Source: Vulcanimicrobiota bacterium (GTDB taxonomy: Bacteria > Vulcanimicrobiota > Vulcanimicrobiia > Vulcanimicrobiales > Vulcanimicrobiaceae). From it: a stretch of DNA of 64,000 nucleotides. The DNA lies in NCBI GenBank assembly GCA_963714015.1, contig OY970223.1:2304001-2368000 (forward strand), given 5' to 3'. Made by a program: the position numbers and the translations under genes. The notes beneath the pieces are model-generated. The model made no database searches. It was not told the origin of the DNA and worked only from the letters and a program-made list of their open reading frames with translations. Below are positions 11,712 through 22,288 of this stretch, piece after piece (position 1 is the stretch's first letter; each line of letters starts with the position of its first letter).

Positions 11712-12019
11712 AACAACTTTATCGTTGCCTCATCGCGCGGTAACGCGCGAACGAAAACATCACTATATGCGGGAACATCCTTAGAGCCCGGCCTACTCAT
11801 CGGCGACTCTAGCACCATCGTGGTGCGTCGCCGGAAGTAAAAATGGTCCGGGATTGGACAATCCGCAGGAAACCTTACGGTCGTAAGGGATCCTCAGAGA
11901 CTACACGTGATGCTCCGGCTTTTCAAAAAACTGCAGACGCGTATGCGCTGCGGGATTTTGTCTAGGTTGCCGGATGAAGATATAGTCCACTCTTGCGTGA
12001 AAGCGCCGGAAAAAAAGTG
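11712..12019 (+). ncRNA. Group I intron at L1931 (IB-like), no homing endonuclease ORF
   Basis: Splits CCTAAGGT|AGCGAAATTCC; ends in G; P/Q/R/S elements ATGCGGGAA, AATCCGCAG, TCAGAGACTACA, AAGATATAGTCC; P3 CATCAC/GTGATG. Confidence 0.95.
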
Positions 12020-12061
<42 letters not shown>

Positions 12062-12317
12062 AGTAACGACTTGGACACTGTCTCAATGGGGGGCCCGGCG
12101 AAATTGCAGTACCAGTGAAGATGCTGGTTACCCGCGGCAGGACGGAAAGACCCCATGAAGCTTTACTGTACCCTGATGTTGGGGTCTGAGATTTTCTGTA
12201 CAGGATAGGTGGGAGGCGATGATCTGTGGGCGCTAACTCACAGGGAGCCAACCTTGGGATACCACCCTGAAAATCTTGGGCTTCTAACTAGCTGCCGTAA
12301 TCCGGTAGTAGGACAGC

Positions 12318-12387
<70 letters not shown>

Positions 12388-12590
12388 AACGGTCAGAAAC
12401 CGTTCGTTTAGAGTGCATAGGCAAAAGGGAGCTTGACTGCGAGACGGACAGGTCGAGCAGGTGCGAAAGCAGGGCTAAGTGATCCGGCGGTACCGAATGG
12501 AAGGGCCGTCGCTTATCGGATAAAAGCTACTCTGGGGATAACAGGCTTATCTCCCCCAAGAGTCCACATCGACGGGGAGGTTTGGCACCT

Positions 12591-12880
12591 CAACATCAGG
12601 GGTGTTGCGCTGGAAACAGCGGCAAAAGTTCCGGCTTATAACGGTGAACTCCAATCGGTCTAGGACTGGACCGAGGACAATACCGTGGGAAGTCCACGCG
12701 AGAGCGATCTGCGTGTGACCCCGTAACGACTGATTCGTTCGCAAGAACGATGAGATAGTGACTGCTGCGCGATGCGTCGCGCAAATTTATCAGCGCTATC
12801 AGACGCCGGCCCTTAACTCGAGAATCGCTCGAGAAAGGTGAAGATATAGTCTGCGCCATCGGGAACGATGGAATTACGCG
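12591..12880 (+). ncRNA. Group I intron at L2500 (IA-like), no homing endonuclease ORF
   Basis: Splits GGCACCT|CGATGTCGG; ends in G; P/Q/R/S elements AACGGTGAA, AATACCGTG, CGTAACGACTGA, AAGATATAGTCT; extra helices between R and P3'. Confidence 0.93.
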
Positions 12881-12913
12881 CGATGTCGGATCGTCGCATC
12901 CTGGGGCTGTAGT

Positions 12914-12950
<37 letters not shown>

Positions 12951-12958
12951 TACGCGAT

Positions 12959-13007
<49 letters not shown>

Positions 13008-13373
13008 TTAGAGATTTGAGGAGTGTCGACCCTAGTACGAGAGGACCGGGTTGAACGAACCGCTGGTGAACCGGTTGTCCCGCCAGGGGCATAGCCGGGT
13101 AGCTATGTTCGGACCAGATAAACGCTGAAAGCATATAAGCGTGAAACTGACTTCAAGATGAGATCTCGATCACGTAAGTGTGAAGGGTCGTGGTAGACTA
13201 CCACGTTGATAGGCCGGAGGTGGAAGCACTGCAAGGTGTGGAGCTGACCGGTACTAATCGCCCGGAAATTTTTGACTCGTCTTCCTCTGTCTGGCACTGA
13301 AAGTTCTTCTGTATGCAGCTTTCTCATCGTCACAGCCTGGAGCTCCGGCTCGGCGTGACGGTGAGGATCAAGT

Positions 13374-13490
13374 TTCTGGCGCTCATAGCGGCGGGGTCCC
13401 ACCCGTTCCCATCCCGAACACGGCAGTTAAGCCCGCCAGCGCCGATGATAGTCGGACCGCAGGGTCCCTCGAAAGTAGGTCGGCGCCAGA
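13374..13490 (+). rRNA. rrf: 5S rRNA
   Basis: CCCGTTCCCATCCCGAACACGGCAGTTAAG...GCCGATGATAG; TCTGGCG/CGCCAGA terminal stem. Confidence 0.97.
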
Positions 13491-13503
13491 TTAATTCCAA
13501 ACG

Positions 13504-13535
13504 AAAAAGCCCGCGGTTTAGCCGCGGGCTTTTTT
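13504..13535 (+). terminator. Intrinsic terminator of the rRNA operon
   Basis: AAAAAGCCCGCGG-TTTAG-CCGCGGGCTTTTTT. Confidence 0.92.
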
Positions 13536-13558
13536 GCATTGCGGCGAACGACCCTCGC

Positions 13559-14239
13559 ATGACGTTCGTGGCGGCGATCGTGGCATCAATGCTCTTTGCG
13601 GCCGCGCCGAAGCCGGCGCCGACCGAGAACCCGGACTGCTTGCAGTACTTCCACAGCGCCTGCAGCGAAGCCATCGGCGCATGGCTGCCGGACTACAGTG
13701 CTTTCGGCAGCGATTTCGAGCGCCGCGCGACGCACGTTTCGCTGCGCGACGGCTTCGTTTACGAGCATGAAAAGGTGCAGCCCGGTCAAGGTCTGGGATT
13801 TGTCGGTCCGGACGACGGCACGTTCTTCGTCTACGGTAATGCCGGACCGCCGAAAGGTCACGTCGTCTACGATTACGCGCACCGAATTGCATTTTTCGAC
13901 CAAGGGTGCTGCGCATGGCATGACGTCGTGGAAGCCTATGCGCCGCCGCCGCCCAAGCGCGTGGTCGACCGCGACCTGACCGCACTGAGGACGGTGCGCG
14001 GCGCATATTTGGGGATCACCGAATCGATGGTGCGCAGCATCTATGGCAACGCGCGATCGCAAGCCGTGCCGAGCCACTCCGGCCTAACCGTGTTGTCGTA
14101 CAGCACCTGGACGCTCGACAAAAACGGCAGCTTCGTACCGAATAGGCATGGGCAGTTCCAAGATTATTGCGGGCAATCTCAAGATTTTTACTTCCGAGGC
14201 GGCCGGCTGGCGATCATTCAGATCGGGAACGCCTGCTAA
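13559..14239 (+). CDS. Secreted Cys-rich hypothetical protein (paralogue 1)
   Basis: Signal peptide MTFVAAIVASMLFAAA after the terminator; clear similarity to the next gene. Confidence 0.75.
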   Translation: MTFVAAIVASMLFAAAPKPAPTENPDCLQYFHSACSEAIGAWLPDYSAFGSDFERRATHVSLRDGFVYEHEKVQPGQGLGFVGPDDGTFFVYGNAGPPKGHVVYDYAHRIAFFDQGCCAWHDVVEAYAPPPPKRVVDRDLTALRTVRGAYLGITESMVRSIYGNARSQAVPSHSGLTVLSYSTWTLDKNGSFVPNRHGQFQDYCGQSQDFYFRGGRLAIIQIGNAC

Positions 14240-14314
14240 CCGCGACGGCTGCGGCATGCCGGCTTCGTTCGGGCCGGAGAGCGGCGTGCACGAGAAGAAG
14301 ACGCCCGCGTGCGA

Positions 14315-15008
14315 ATGATCCAAGCGCTTCGCTTTCTCGTCCCGCTCCTGGCGCTTGCGAGCAGCGCGGTTTGGGCAACTGCGGGCTCGGTCACGTTCAT
14401 CAAATACAGGCTGCCGGACATGGATTTTCAGCGCCCTGAAGGCTGTCCGAAGGACAACGTTGCTTGCTCGAATGCGGCACTAGGTCGCTGGCTGCCGGTG
14501 CTGATCGACAATTCGGATAAGCAAGGGCTGGGCCAAGTCCGGATCGTGGATTTCACGGACAGCTTTGCGTACGAAGGGCCGGCAAAACCGGTGCGTTACT
14601 GGGGCGACATCGGCGGATATCCGCAAGACGGAACGGGCATCATCTACTCGCGCGCCGTCGTGAAAGCCGACGCTGTCTACGATTACGCGCACCATATTGC
14701 GTATTACGACCAAGGCTGCTGTGATTGGCGCGACGTTGTTCTGGCCGGCGACGTTGCGCCTCCACCGCTTCGCGTCGTCAACCGCAACCTGCAATCCTTA
14801 AGCACCGGGCGCGGCGTGCATTTGGGCGACGAGCTCTCGCAGGTCCGTGCAGCATACGGCGCGGCAGCGCTGCATGCGGTTCCTCACTACCCGGACCTGC
14901 GCATGCTTTCGTACTATCCATCCGTTCAACCCAGACTGCGGCCAAGCGATGACCTTTGCGTTTCGCGCGGGACGGCTGATCTACGTCGATCTGGAAACGG
15001 CGTGCTGA
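14315..15008 (+). CDS. Secreted Cys-rich hypothetical protein (paralogue 2), frameshift near 14918
   Basis: Signal peptide; after removing 1 nt the tail reads PFNPDCGQAMTFAFRAGRLIYVDLETAC*, matching paralogue 1 DYCGQSQDFYFRGGRLAIIQIGNAC*. Confidence 0.75.
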
Positions 15009-15016
15009 GCGGGATG

Positions 15017-17423
15017 CTATTTCCCATAGACGGCGGCGAAGTCTAGGAACTCCTCGGCCGGCAGCGGCCGGCAGTAGTAGTAGCCTTGGAAAACGTGGCA
15101 TCCCAGTTCGCGTAAAATGCTCACCTGTGCGGCGGACTCGACACCTTCGGCAACGACCGTAAGGTTCGTCGCGGCGGCAAGGTGCACGACGGCGGTGACA
15201 ATCTCGCGATCCTGACGATCCGTGGCGACGTCTTGCAGCAGTTTTCGATCGATCTTCAGCGAGTCGATTGGGAACGATTTCAAGTGTCCGAGCGAGCTGT
15301 AACCGGTGCCGAAGTCGTCTAAAGCGATTCCCACGCCGAGTGCGCGTAGCGACTGCATGACGCGAATGGACCGCGTGACGTCGCGCATGATGCCGGTCTC
15401 GGTAATCTCGGCAGTCAGTGCGCGCGGATCGGTGTCGCTGCGGGCGAGCGCGCGGTCGATCGAGTTCAGCACGTGACCGTACTCGAACTCTTTGCTCGAC
15501 ACGTTAACGGCAATCGGAAGCGCAAAACCCCGTTTTCCGAAGGCCTGGGACAAGCGGCAAGCCTCGCCCATGACCCATTCGCCGATTTGCACGATCAATC
15601 CCGATTGCTCTGCGATCTCGATGAACTCCGCCGGCAGACGAAGGCCCCACGACGGATCTTTCCAGCGGATGAGCGCCTCGGCACCGGCGATTCCGCCGTC
15701 CACGGAGATAAGCGGCTGAAGATACAATGCGAATTGCTTGAGGCGAAGCGCCTGATGCAATCCATTCTGAATCTCCAGCCGGTGCCTTGCAGCATCGTAC
15801 ATTCGTGGATGGAAGACGGCGCTGCTGTTGCGCTGGCGTTTGGCGGCGTACATCGCGGTGTCGGCGTTGCGAATCAGTTCGTCCGCGGAATTTCCGTGCC
15901 GCGGAAAACAGGCAACGCCGATGCTCGCCGTAATGAACAGACTCTCTGCCGCCGAATTCGTAGGCCGGCTCGAGCACCTTTTGAAACTCTTCCAGCGCCA
16001 CGGCGTGGGCAGAGTCGGTTTCCTCTTCGACCGGAACGATAACGACGAACTCGTCGCCTCCCCAGCGGCAGACCTGTCCGTTTTTGCCTATTGCTTTTGT
16101 CAAGCGCTGCGCGATCGCGCGCAGAACCGAATCGCCGAACACGTGGCCGAAGGTGTCGTTGACCTCGCTAAATCCGTCAAAATCGATGTAAAATAGCGCA
16201 AACGCTCCCTCCTGCATCGCGCGCTGCAACAGCGAGGCAACGGAAGAACGGTTCGGCAGTTCGGTCAGCGGATCGTGAAAAGCCAGGAACCGGAGTTCAC
16301 GTTCGGCCGCTTTGCGATCCGTTACGTCGAGCATGGTGCCGGTTACGGTGAGCGGCCGTCGCGAATTCTTGAAATATGTCCCTTTTGCGCGAACGCTGAT
16401 CCAACGCGTCGAACCTTCCGGCCGCAGGACGCGAGCTTCCACGGTATAATCCCCGCCCGGCCATGCCGAGCGAATCACCGAATTGATAGCGGGGCGATCG
16501 TCCGGATGGAAAAAGTTGAGCAAATTGGCCTCGAATGCCGGCGCGGTTTCGGGCCTCAGTCCCAAAATTCGCATGGCTTCCGCCGATAAGTACAGCCGCT
16601 GCGTGCGGAAATTGTGTTCGAAACTGCCCAGGTGCGCGATTTCCTGCGCTTCTTCAAGCCGGCGGCGCGAGAGTTCCGCATCCTTTTCGAGCATGACTTT
16701 CTCGGTCACGTTCTTTGCGACCACGAGGCGGGCGCGCTCGCTGCCGCCGAACGGGATGCTGTCGGATTCGATCTCCACCATAAGGGTCGAACCGTCTTTG
16801 CGCACGTGCTCGTAAATGCCAAACAGATACCGCGCCGTATCGACCTCGAGCCGACTGAACGATTCGGCGGCGGAAGGCGTAGCGAGCCGCGCTATCGGCA
16901 TCTCCAAGAATTCTTCGCGCGAGTATCCGTAGGTTGCAACGGCGGCGCGGTTCACATCCAAGAAGCGCAACTGGATCGGATCGTAGACCCACATCGGCAA
17001 CGGAAAATTATCGAAGATGCTCCGATTGCGCTCTTGCGCATGGATGCGCTCGGTGACGTCGGTGAGGATGCTGATGCCGACGAGCGTGCCCTCGCGGATC
17101 GCCGGAATCGCGACGTTCTCGACGAGCACGATTTTGCCGTCTTTGGTGAGATGACGGGCGGGACTGAAGTACTGAGATTTATCCGAAGCAAAGGACTGAG
17201 CTCGTCGCCGGATCTCTTCGTGATCCTCGGGCGGCGTCATGTCGTAGACCGTCATGCGCAAAAACTCGTCGCGCGTAAATCCGAATCTATCGACGGCGCT
17301 CTGATTGACGTCTAGAATTCGCAGTGTCGCAGGGTCGAGAACGGCAACGGGATTGGGGAGCTCGCGCAGCAACGCGACAGCCGTATCGTACCACTGACCG
17401 GTGGCGTCCGGTATCGCGCTCAC
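15017..17423 (-). CDS. PAS-PAS-PAS-GGDEF-EAL c-di-GMP enzyme, frameshift near 15941
   Basis: Three PAS/PAC repeats, HDPLTELPNR, GGDEF; second frame continues LFITASIGVACFP, EAL, DDFGTGYSS. Confidence 0.92.
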
Positions 17424-17562
17424 ATGTGCTACCTGATAAGGATAGCAGGTGAACCGCGAGGCATCACCGCGGAAGCTGCCATGGCTGAATATTCAGCGAA
17501 ACGCGGGGGCGACCTACCCGCCGCCATGGGATCGACCGGACGGCTGAACGGCGGCCGCCGAT

Positions 17563-17922
17563 GTGCCGTGGAAGCCTTTGCCGCGGCTGGGTATATCAAT
17601 CGGAGTGGACCAACGGCAAGCACGCAGCATCTACCAAGAAATCGTAACCCGCGGAAAACAGACCGGCGCCGTGGCGGACGAGCAAGAAGGCAGCCTCCCC
17701 GTCGCAACGTTCGCGAACGGACACGAACTGGGAGAAGTCAAGATCATCCGCACCGAGCCGGCCGACTATCACGTGATTTGGTATCCTCCGGAGGTTCACG
17801 TGGGTCAAGATCTCATCGAACAGCAGGCGACTGACGAAGAAGACGTCGTCGACGTCGGCGCACTGCCGCCCCGGCAAACGGTCGCGAGAATACTGGCGTT
17901 CGGCGAAAAAATGAGCCGTTAG
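17563..17922 (+). CDS. Hypothetical protein; may start at GTG 17449 with an in-frame TGA at 17545
   Basis: Fills the intergenic gap with protein-like composition. Confidence 0.55.
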   Translation: MPWKPLPRLGISIGVDQRQARSIYQEIVTRGKQTGAVADEQEGSLPVATFANGHELGEVKIIRTEPADYHVIWYPPEVHVGQDLIEQQATDEEDVVDVGALPPRQTVARILAFGEKMSR

Positions 17923-17988
17923 CCCCAATGACGCGGAACGGATTCCCTGCCGATAAACGTAATAAAGAGTGGGGAATATCGTAAAGAG

Positions 17989-18633
17989 ATGCACGCACTG
18001 CAACGGCCCCTTCCGCAGCCTGCACCCATAACGATGGCCGTTTTGGGCGACAGCTTAGCGTTCGGCTTGGGAGCCAGCTGCGCGGAGAAAGGCTTGGCTT
18101 ACCTCATCTTCCGCCGGGTACGCGAGGGCCGGTCCGCGAGCACGTATTCGAATTTTGCCGTCCCCCATTCAACGATGGGGGACGTTTTACGTCACCAGCT
18201 TCCTGCGCTCCATGGTTCGAGGGTAAACTTCGTCCTGTTGATTGCGGGCGCAAACGATCTGCGGTTCACGCGAGACCCGGCCCTCGTCAAGCGCCGGTTT
18301 CGAAAGTTGTTGGAGGGCGTCCACGAACTCGCCCCTCAAGCCGCCGTCGTCGCCGGTGGAATGCCCGACGTAACGCAAACGATCGGCGTCCCCGCTTTTC
18401 TCAAACCTGCTGCCGCGCGCTTATGCCGGCGCATCAACGAAGGCATGCGCGAATCGACCGCTCAGTTTGGTGACGAGTTCATCGACATGTTCGAGTTCAC
18501 GGCGGCGCCGCTCGTCGAGGGAATGCAATACCTATGCGACGACGGCTACCATCCGTCGGACTTCGGACATGCGGAGATTGCCGAACGTTGTTATCCCGCA
18601 ATTGAACGGGCGCTGCTGCGTCTGGACTCTTAA
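17989..18633 (+). CDS. SGNH/GDSL hydrolase
   Basis: LGDSL, GAND and DGYHP blocks. Confidence 0.92.
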   Translation: MHALQRPLPQPAPITMAVLGDSLAFGLGASCAEKGLAYLIFRRVREGRSASTYSNFAVPHSTMGDVLRHQLPALHGSRVNFVLLIAGANDLRFTRDPALVKRRFRKLLEGVHELAPQAAVVAGGMPDVTQTIGVPAFLKPAAARLCRRINEGMRESTAQFGDEFIDMFEFTAAPLVEGMQYLCDDGYHPSDFGHAEIAERCYPAIERALLRLDS

Positions 18634-18639
18634 CCGCGG

Positions 18640-18825
18640 TTAGCTCTGCACTTGCGAGGCGGGAAGCTCCTCGGTTGCTTGATAGAGCGTCCAGGGTTTC
18701 TGCGCGTGGTGGTCGGGCGGAAACGTTCCGCCTTTTTCGAACTTTTCACGGTGACCGCATTCCGAGCACTCATAAAAGCCGCCAACCGTAACCTGCTCGC
18801 CGCCGTTTCCGTATATCTCTGCCAT
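18640..18825 (-). CDS. 61-aa zinc-ribbon protein (YjzC-like)
   Basis: GEQV...GFYECSECG...GGTFPPDHH...WTL; GAGGG before the ATG. Confidence 0.75.
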   Translation of the reverse strand: MAEIYGNGGEQVTVGGFYECSECGHREKFEKGGTFPPDHHAQKPWTLYQATEELPASQVQS

Positions 18826-18854
18826 AACACCCTCGTACCCGTGCAGCGTCGAAC

Positions 18855-20120
18855 CTACGGGCGGATGCGATAGATAGAGCCGGTAAGGTCGTCCGCCACG
18901 AAGAGGTCGCCTTGCGGCCCGATTGCAATGCCGGTCGGCCTCCCAATGCGCGTGTCGCAGCTCGGCTGGAATCCGGTGATGAAATCGTTCCACTGCTTCG
19001 TGGGATCGCTCCAATCGACCGCCGTAAGCGGCGTGTCGCCGTTCATCGGGACAAAGGCAACGCGCGGCGAAACGTAGCAGCCGCCGGGCTGATGCCAGGA
19101 ACCGTGCATGGCAACGAACGCGCCGCCGCGATACTGCGCGGGAAAGGCGTACGGGCCGGACGCGGATTTCGGGTACATTACCGCGCCGATGATGGTGCTA
19201 TAGGCTAAGAACTCGACCCGCGGAGCGATCGTGGCCGTGCAGTTGGCGCCCGAACCGAACGGGTTGTGATTCTCTTCACATTCCGGCCAGCCGTAGTCTG
19301 CAATGCCCGGATGCAGTGTAACGGGATCGAAGAATTCGTAGGGATGCAGCGACGGCAGATAGTCTTGTCCGGCCCCTCCGGCCCAAAGTACGTTCGTTTG
19401 CGGATCGACGGCAAGCGCCATAGCGTTACGAATACGAATTGCCCGCGTGGCCATGCCGGAACCGTCGAGGTTCATCTGTTGGATCGTCGCGCGTGTGGGG
19501 TCGATCTCCGTGCAAGCGTTGCAAGAAGAACCCACTGACGCGTAAAGCGTCGTTCCCACGACTGCGACGGACGTCGTGCGGTGAACGTCGCCGTCGCTTC
19601 CGGGCGGCGGCGAACCGCTGCGAATGGAAGCGATTTTGGCAGGCGCGCTTTTCGCGGCGGTATCGCCGATCGTGTACGCAATGCGGTACACACCGTGCTG
19701 CGCACCCACGTAGAGCGCGCAACTCTGCAGCGAAATCGCAACTCCGGCGGCCGGAGGATCGTCGATGCTCGCAAAGACTTCGGGCGTTGCCGCCTGATTC
19801 TCCGCATTACGCACGATGTAAATGCTGCTCGAACCGGTTCCGACGAAAAGGTCACCGTTGGGCGCGAATGTCAGTTCCCGCGCCTGTGATACTTTTGCGA
19901 CGACCTCTATCGTAAACGGACTTGGAACGGAGAGACCCGTTGCGGGTGCCGGAGTGGGCCCAGACGGCGTGGGCGTCGGTGCCGGCGTTGAATTCGGCAT
20001 GCAGCCGGCGCTTTGCGCTGCTTGCGTCGGCGTCGAGGAAGGGGTAGCAGTTGCTGAGGTGCCGCCGCCGCAGCCGGCGAGCAGCAGCGAACCGAAGATT
20101 GCCGCGGGCCACCTAGACAT
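18855..20120 (-). CDS. Sorbosone/PQQ sugar dehydrogenase-like beta-propeller lipoprotein
   Basis: Lipobox LAGC, SVGSSCNAC, IRNAMAL, DYGWP, MHGSW, GRPTGIAIGPQGDLFVADD. Confidence 0.87.
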   Translation of the reverse strand: MSRWPAAIFGSLLLAGCGGGTSATATPSSTPTQAAQSAGCMPNSTPAPTPTPSGPTPAPATGLSVPSPFTIEVVAKVSQARELTFAPNGDLFVGTGSSSIYIVRNAENQAATPEVFASIDDPPAAGVAISLQSCALYVGAQHGVYRIAYTIGDTAAKSAPAKIASIRSGSPPPGSDGDVHRTTSVAVVGTTLYASVGSSCNACTEIDPTRATIQQMNLDGSGMATRAIRIRNAMALAVDPQTNVLWAGGAGQDYLPSLHPYEFFDPVTLHPGIADYGWPECEENHNPFGSGANCTATIAPRVEFLAYSTIIGAVMYPKSASGPYAFPAQYRGGAFVAMHGSWHQPGGCYVSPRVAFVPMNGDTPLTAVDWSDPTKQWNDFITGFQPSCDTRIGRPTGIAIGPQGDLFVADDLTGSIYRIRP

Positions 20121-21366
20121 GTCCGTTAAGCGCTACCCCTTCGAAACGGTCGCGAAACTCCTTGGCGCCGAGATTGCTCTGTGCGGCAAGCCGCGAAAGG
20201 CGGGGTTCCTCAAAGTCGGAATTCTCCAGACGCGTCATGTAATTGCGCCCGACGCGATACGATTCGGTGGTGATATCCACCATTCGAACCCTCACGCGGC
20301 CCGTCTGCGCGTCGGCGAGTTCCGAAAGTTGAACGGGAACGACTTGTCCGCCCGACAACGCAATCAGGGCGCCGCTGCCGCCCTCGAGCAGATATCGCAC
20401 CGCACCATAACCAAGCGTTCGCGTGTACTCGACGTCGAACGGAACAGGCTTCGCGCAGCGCAACTCGTAACCGATGTCTTTGTTTACGACGGTCGCGCGC
20501 ACGCCCAGTTCGTTCAAACGGTCGCGAACCGCATCGCGCAGCACGGCGCCGATCGGAATGTCCGCCAAGCGAATGTGTCCGTATGCGTCGCGCGGCGCGT
20601 GCTCGTACGCCGCGAGCTGCTCCTGCGAGAGCCGTTCAGCGATGCCTTCCGCCACGATCGCCACACCGTTGTCATGGCCGGCGGCTTTGCGCTTGACGAT
20701 AGAGCCGACGATCGTGTCGACGACCGCATTGAGGTCGAGAAGTTCACCCGGGAATTCCTCGGGGATTACCGCCAGATCGGCTCCTGCGGCTTTGCACATT
20801 CCGAGCGCCAGCGCGCCGGATTTGCGACCCATACTCACCACCAAATACCAGCGCGCCGTGGTGCGCGCGTCTACCATTAGGCTCTCGATGATGGCGGTTC
20901 CTACGGAGCGCGCCGTCTCGAAACCGAACGTCGGCGCATTGTCCGGCAGCGGTAGATCGTTGTCTATGGTCTTCGGGACGGTGACAACGCCGATCCGGCC
21001 TTGCGCGAGTGCAGCGATGCGAGTCGCGCCGTAGGTCGTGTCGTCCCCGCCTATTGCAATGAGATACCGAACGCCGAGATGCGTGAGGGCGCGCACGCAA
21101 TTTTCCAGTATCTTTTCGTCTTTGGCCGGATTCGTCCGCGAAGTGCGAAGTATCGACCCGCCGGTCGTATGAATCAGCGAGACGTCGTCGAGGCGCAGCT
21201 CGGCGACGTGCGATGTATCTCCTTGGGCAATGTGATAGTAGCCGTCGTACAATCCGATCACGCGAAGGCCGTTATTGATTGCTTCGATCGTTGCCGAGGC
21301 GATGACGCCGTTGATTCCGGGCGCCGGGCCGCCGCCCACCAAAATTGCCGCAGTTTCGCCGCTCAT
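20113..21366 (-). CDS. pfp: 6-phosphofructokinase, PPi-dependent type
   Basis: GGGPAPGIN, GGSILRTSR, GGDD and PKTIDND (PPi-type residues), MGR, GYELR. Confidence 0.9.
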   Translation of the reverse strand: MSGETAAILVGGGPAPGINGVIASATIEAINNGLRVIGLYDGYYHIAQGDTSHVAELRLDDVSLIHTTGGSILRTSRTNPAKDEKILENCVRALTHLGVRYLIAIGGDDTTYGATRIAALAQGRIGVVTVPKTIDNDLPLPDNAPTFGFETARSVGTAIIESLMVDARTTARWYLVVSMGRKSGALALGMCKAAGADLAVIPEEFPGELLDLNAVVDTIVGSIVKRKAAGHDNGVAIVAEGIAERLSQEQLAAYEHAPRDAYGHIRLADIPIGAVLRDAVRDRLNELGVRATVVNKDIGYELRCAKPVPFDVEYTRTLGYGAVRYLLEGGSGALIALSGGQVVPVQLSELADAQTGRVRVRMVDITTESYRVGRNYMTRLENSDFEEPRLSRLAAQSNLGAKEFRDRFEGVALNGHV

Positions 21367-21423
21367 TCGGGAGCGATACGCGAAGCTTGAAGACAACTCT
21401 TGCGCGCGGGAGAAAAGGAGGTC

Positions 21424-21852
21424 ATGGAAACGTACCAGGCCGTCCTCTTCGATCTGTTCGGAACGCTCGTGAACGAGCGAGGCGATGCGGTGGATGGCGC
21501 GCGCGAAATCCTCACACGTCTTCCACTTTCGCACTGGGGCATCGTCACGTCATGCCCGGCGCGCTTGGCCCGGCAGCTCGTCGCACGAGCCGAGCTTCCG
21601 CAACCGGAAGTCCTCGTGACTTCGGACGACGTCATTCACGGAAAACCGGCGCCCGACTGCTATTTGCTGGCCGCAGGACGCTTGCACGTAGAACCGGAGG
21701 CGTGCCTGGTGGTAGAGGACAGTTTGGGCGGCCTTGCCGCCGGTAGAGCGGCGGGGATGCGCGTCTGGAACGTGCGCGAGGTCGCATTGCGCGACCTCGC
21801 CTTGGAGTTCGATTCGGCCCAAGACGTCATCTTGGGCGGTAAGTCCGGTTAG
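21424..21852 (+). CDS. HAD-IA hydrolase
   Basis: [26 protein letters not shown] before the ATG. Confidence 0.85.
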   Translation: METYQAVLFDLFGTLVNERGDAVDGAREILTRLPLSHWGIVTSCPARLARQLVARAELPQPEVLVTSDDVIHGKPAPDCYLLAAGRLHVEPEACLVVEDSLGGLAAGRAAGMRVWNVREVALRDLALEFDSAQDVILGGKSG

Positions 21853-22210
21853 TAACCGCCGTTACGCCGTTGCTGACGCTCGCTTTGAAGTTGGCTCGCT
21901 GCTGCGGCGTGAGGACGTTCATAATCTGCTGGCGGAGCTGCGCGCGTTGGGCCGGCGTAGCGCCCTGGCCGCAGGGATGCGCCGCCCGGAACTGCTGGTG
22001 AATTTGCTTGAGCTGCGCCTTTTGGGCGGGGCTCAGATTGAGGGCGGCCATCATGTTGGGACCGTGGTGCTCGCCGCGCACCATGTTCGCGCACGGGGCC
22101 GCCGCGTTGGTCATCGGTGCCGTGGCGGCAGTCTGTGCAAAGGCACCCGCCGGAAGAACGGTTGCCGCCGCAAAAGCCGCCGGCACGAGAAGAGTACGTA
22201 AAATGTTCAC
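21827..22210 (-). CDS. Spy/CpxP-like periplasmic protein (true end may be 21849)
   Basis: Signal peptide; LNLSPAQK and VLTPQQR (LTxxQ) motifs; AAGGAG SD. Confidence 0.8.
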   Translation of the reverse strand: MNILRTLLVPAAFAAATVLPAGAFAQTAATAPMTNAAAPCANMVRGEHHGPNMMAALNLSPAQKAQLKQIHQQFRAAHPCGQGATPAQRAQLRQQIMNVLTPQQRANFKASVSNGVTAVTNRTYRPR

Positions 22211-22288
22211 AAATTGGCTCCTTGGAGTCGGGATACGTCTACCTTAGCGCATCTCATGCTGCCGTCTTGCTAAGAAAAGATTAGAGAA

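Noticed and set aside
13313..13558. N-terminal extension of the 308-aa ORF
   Set aside because: It runs through the 5S rRNA and its terminator; ATG 13559 gives a signal peptide.
17949..17956. Perfect sigma28 -10 box (GCCGATAA) before the SGNH gene
   Set aside because: No credible -35 element at 15-16 nt spacing.
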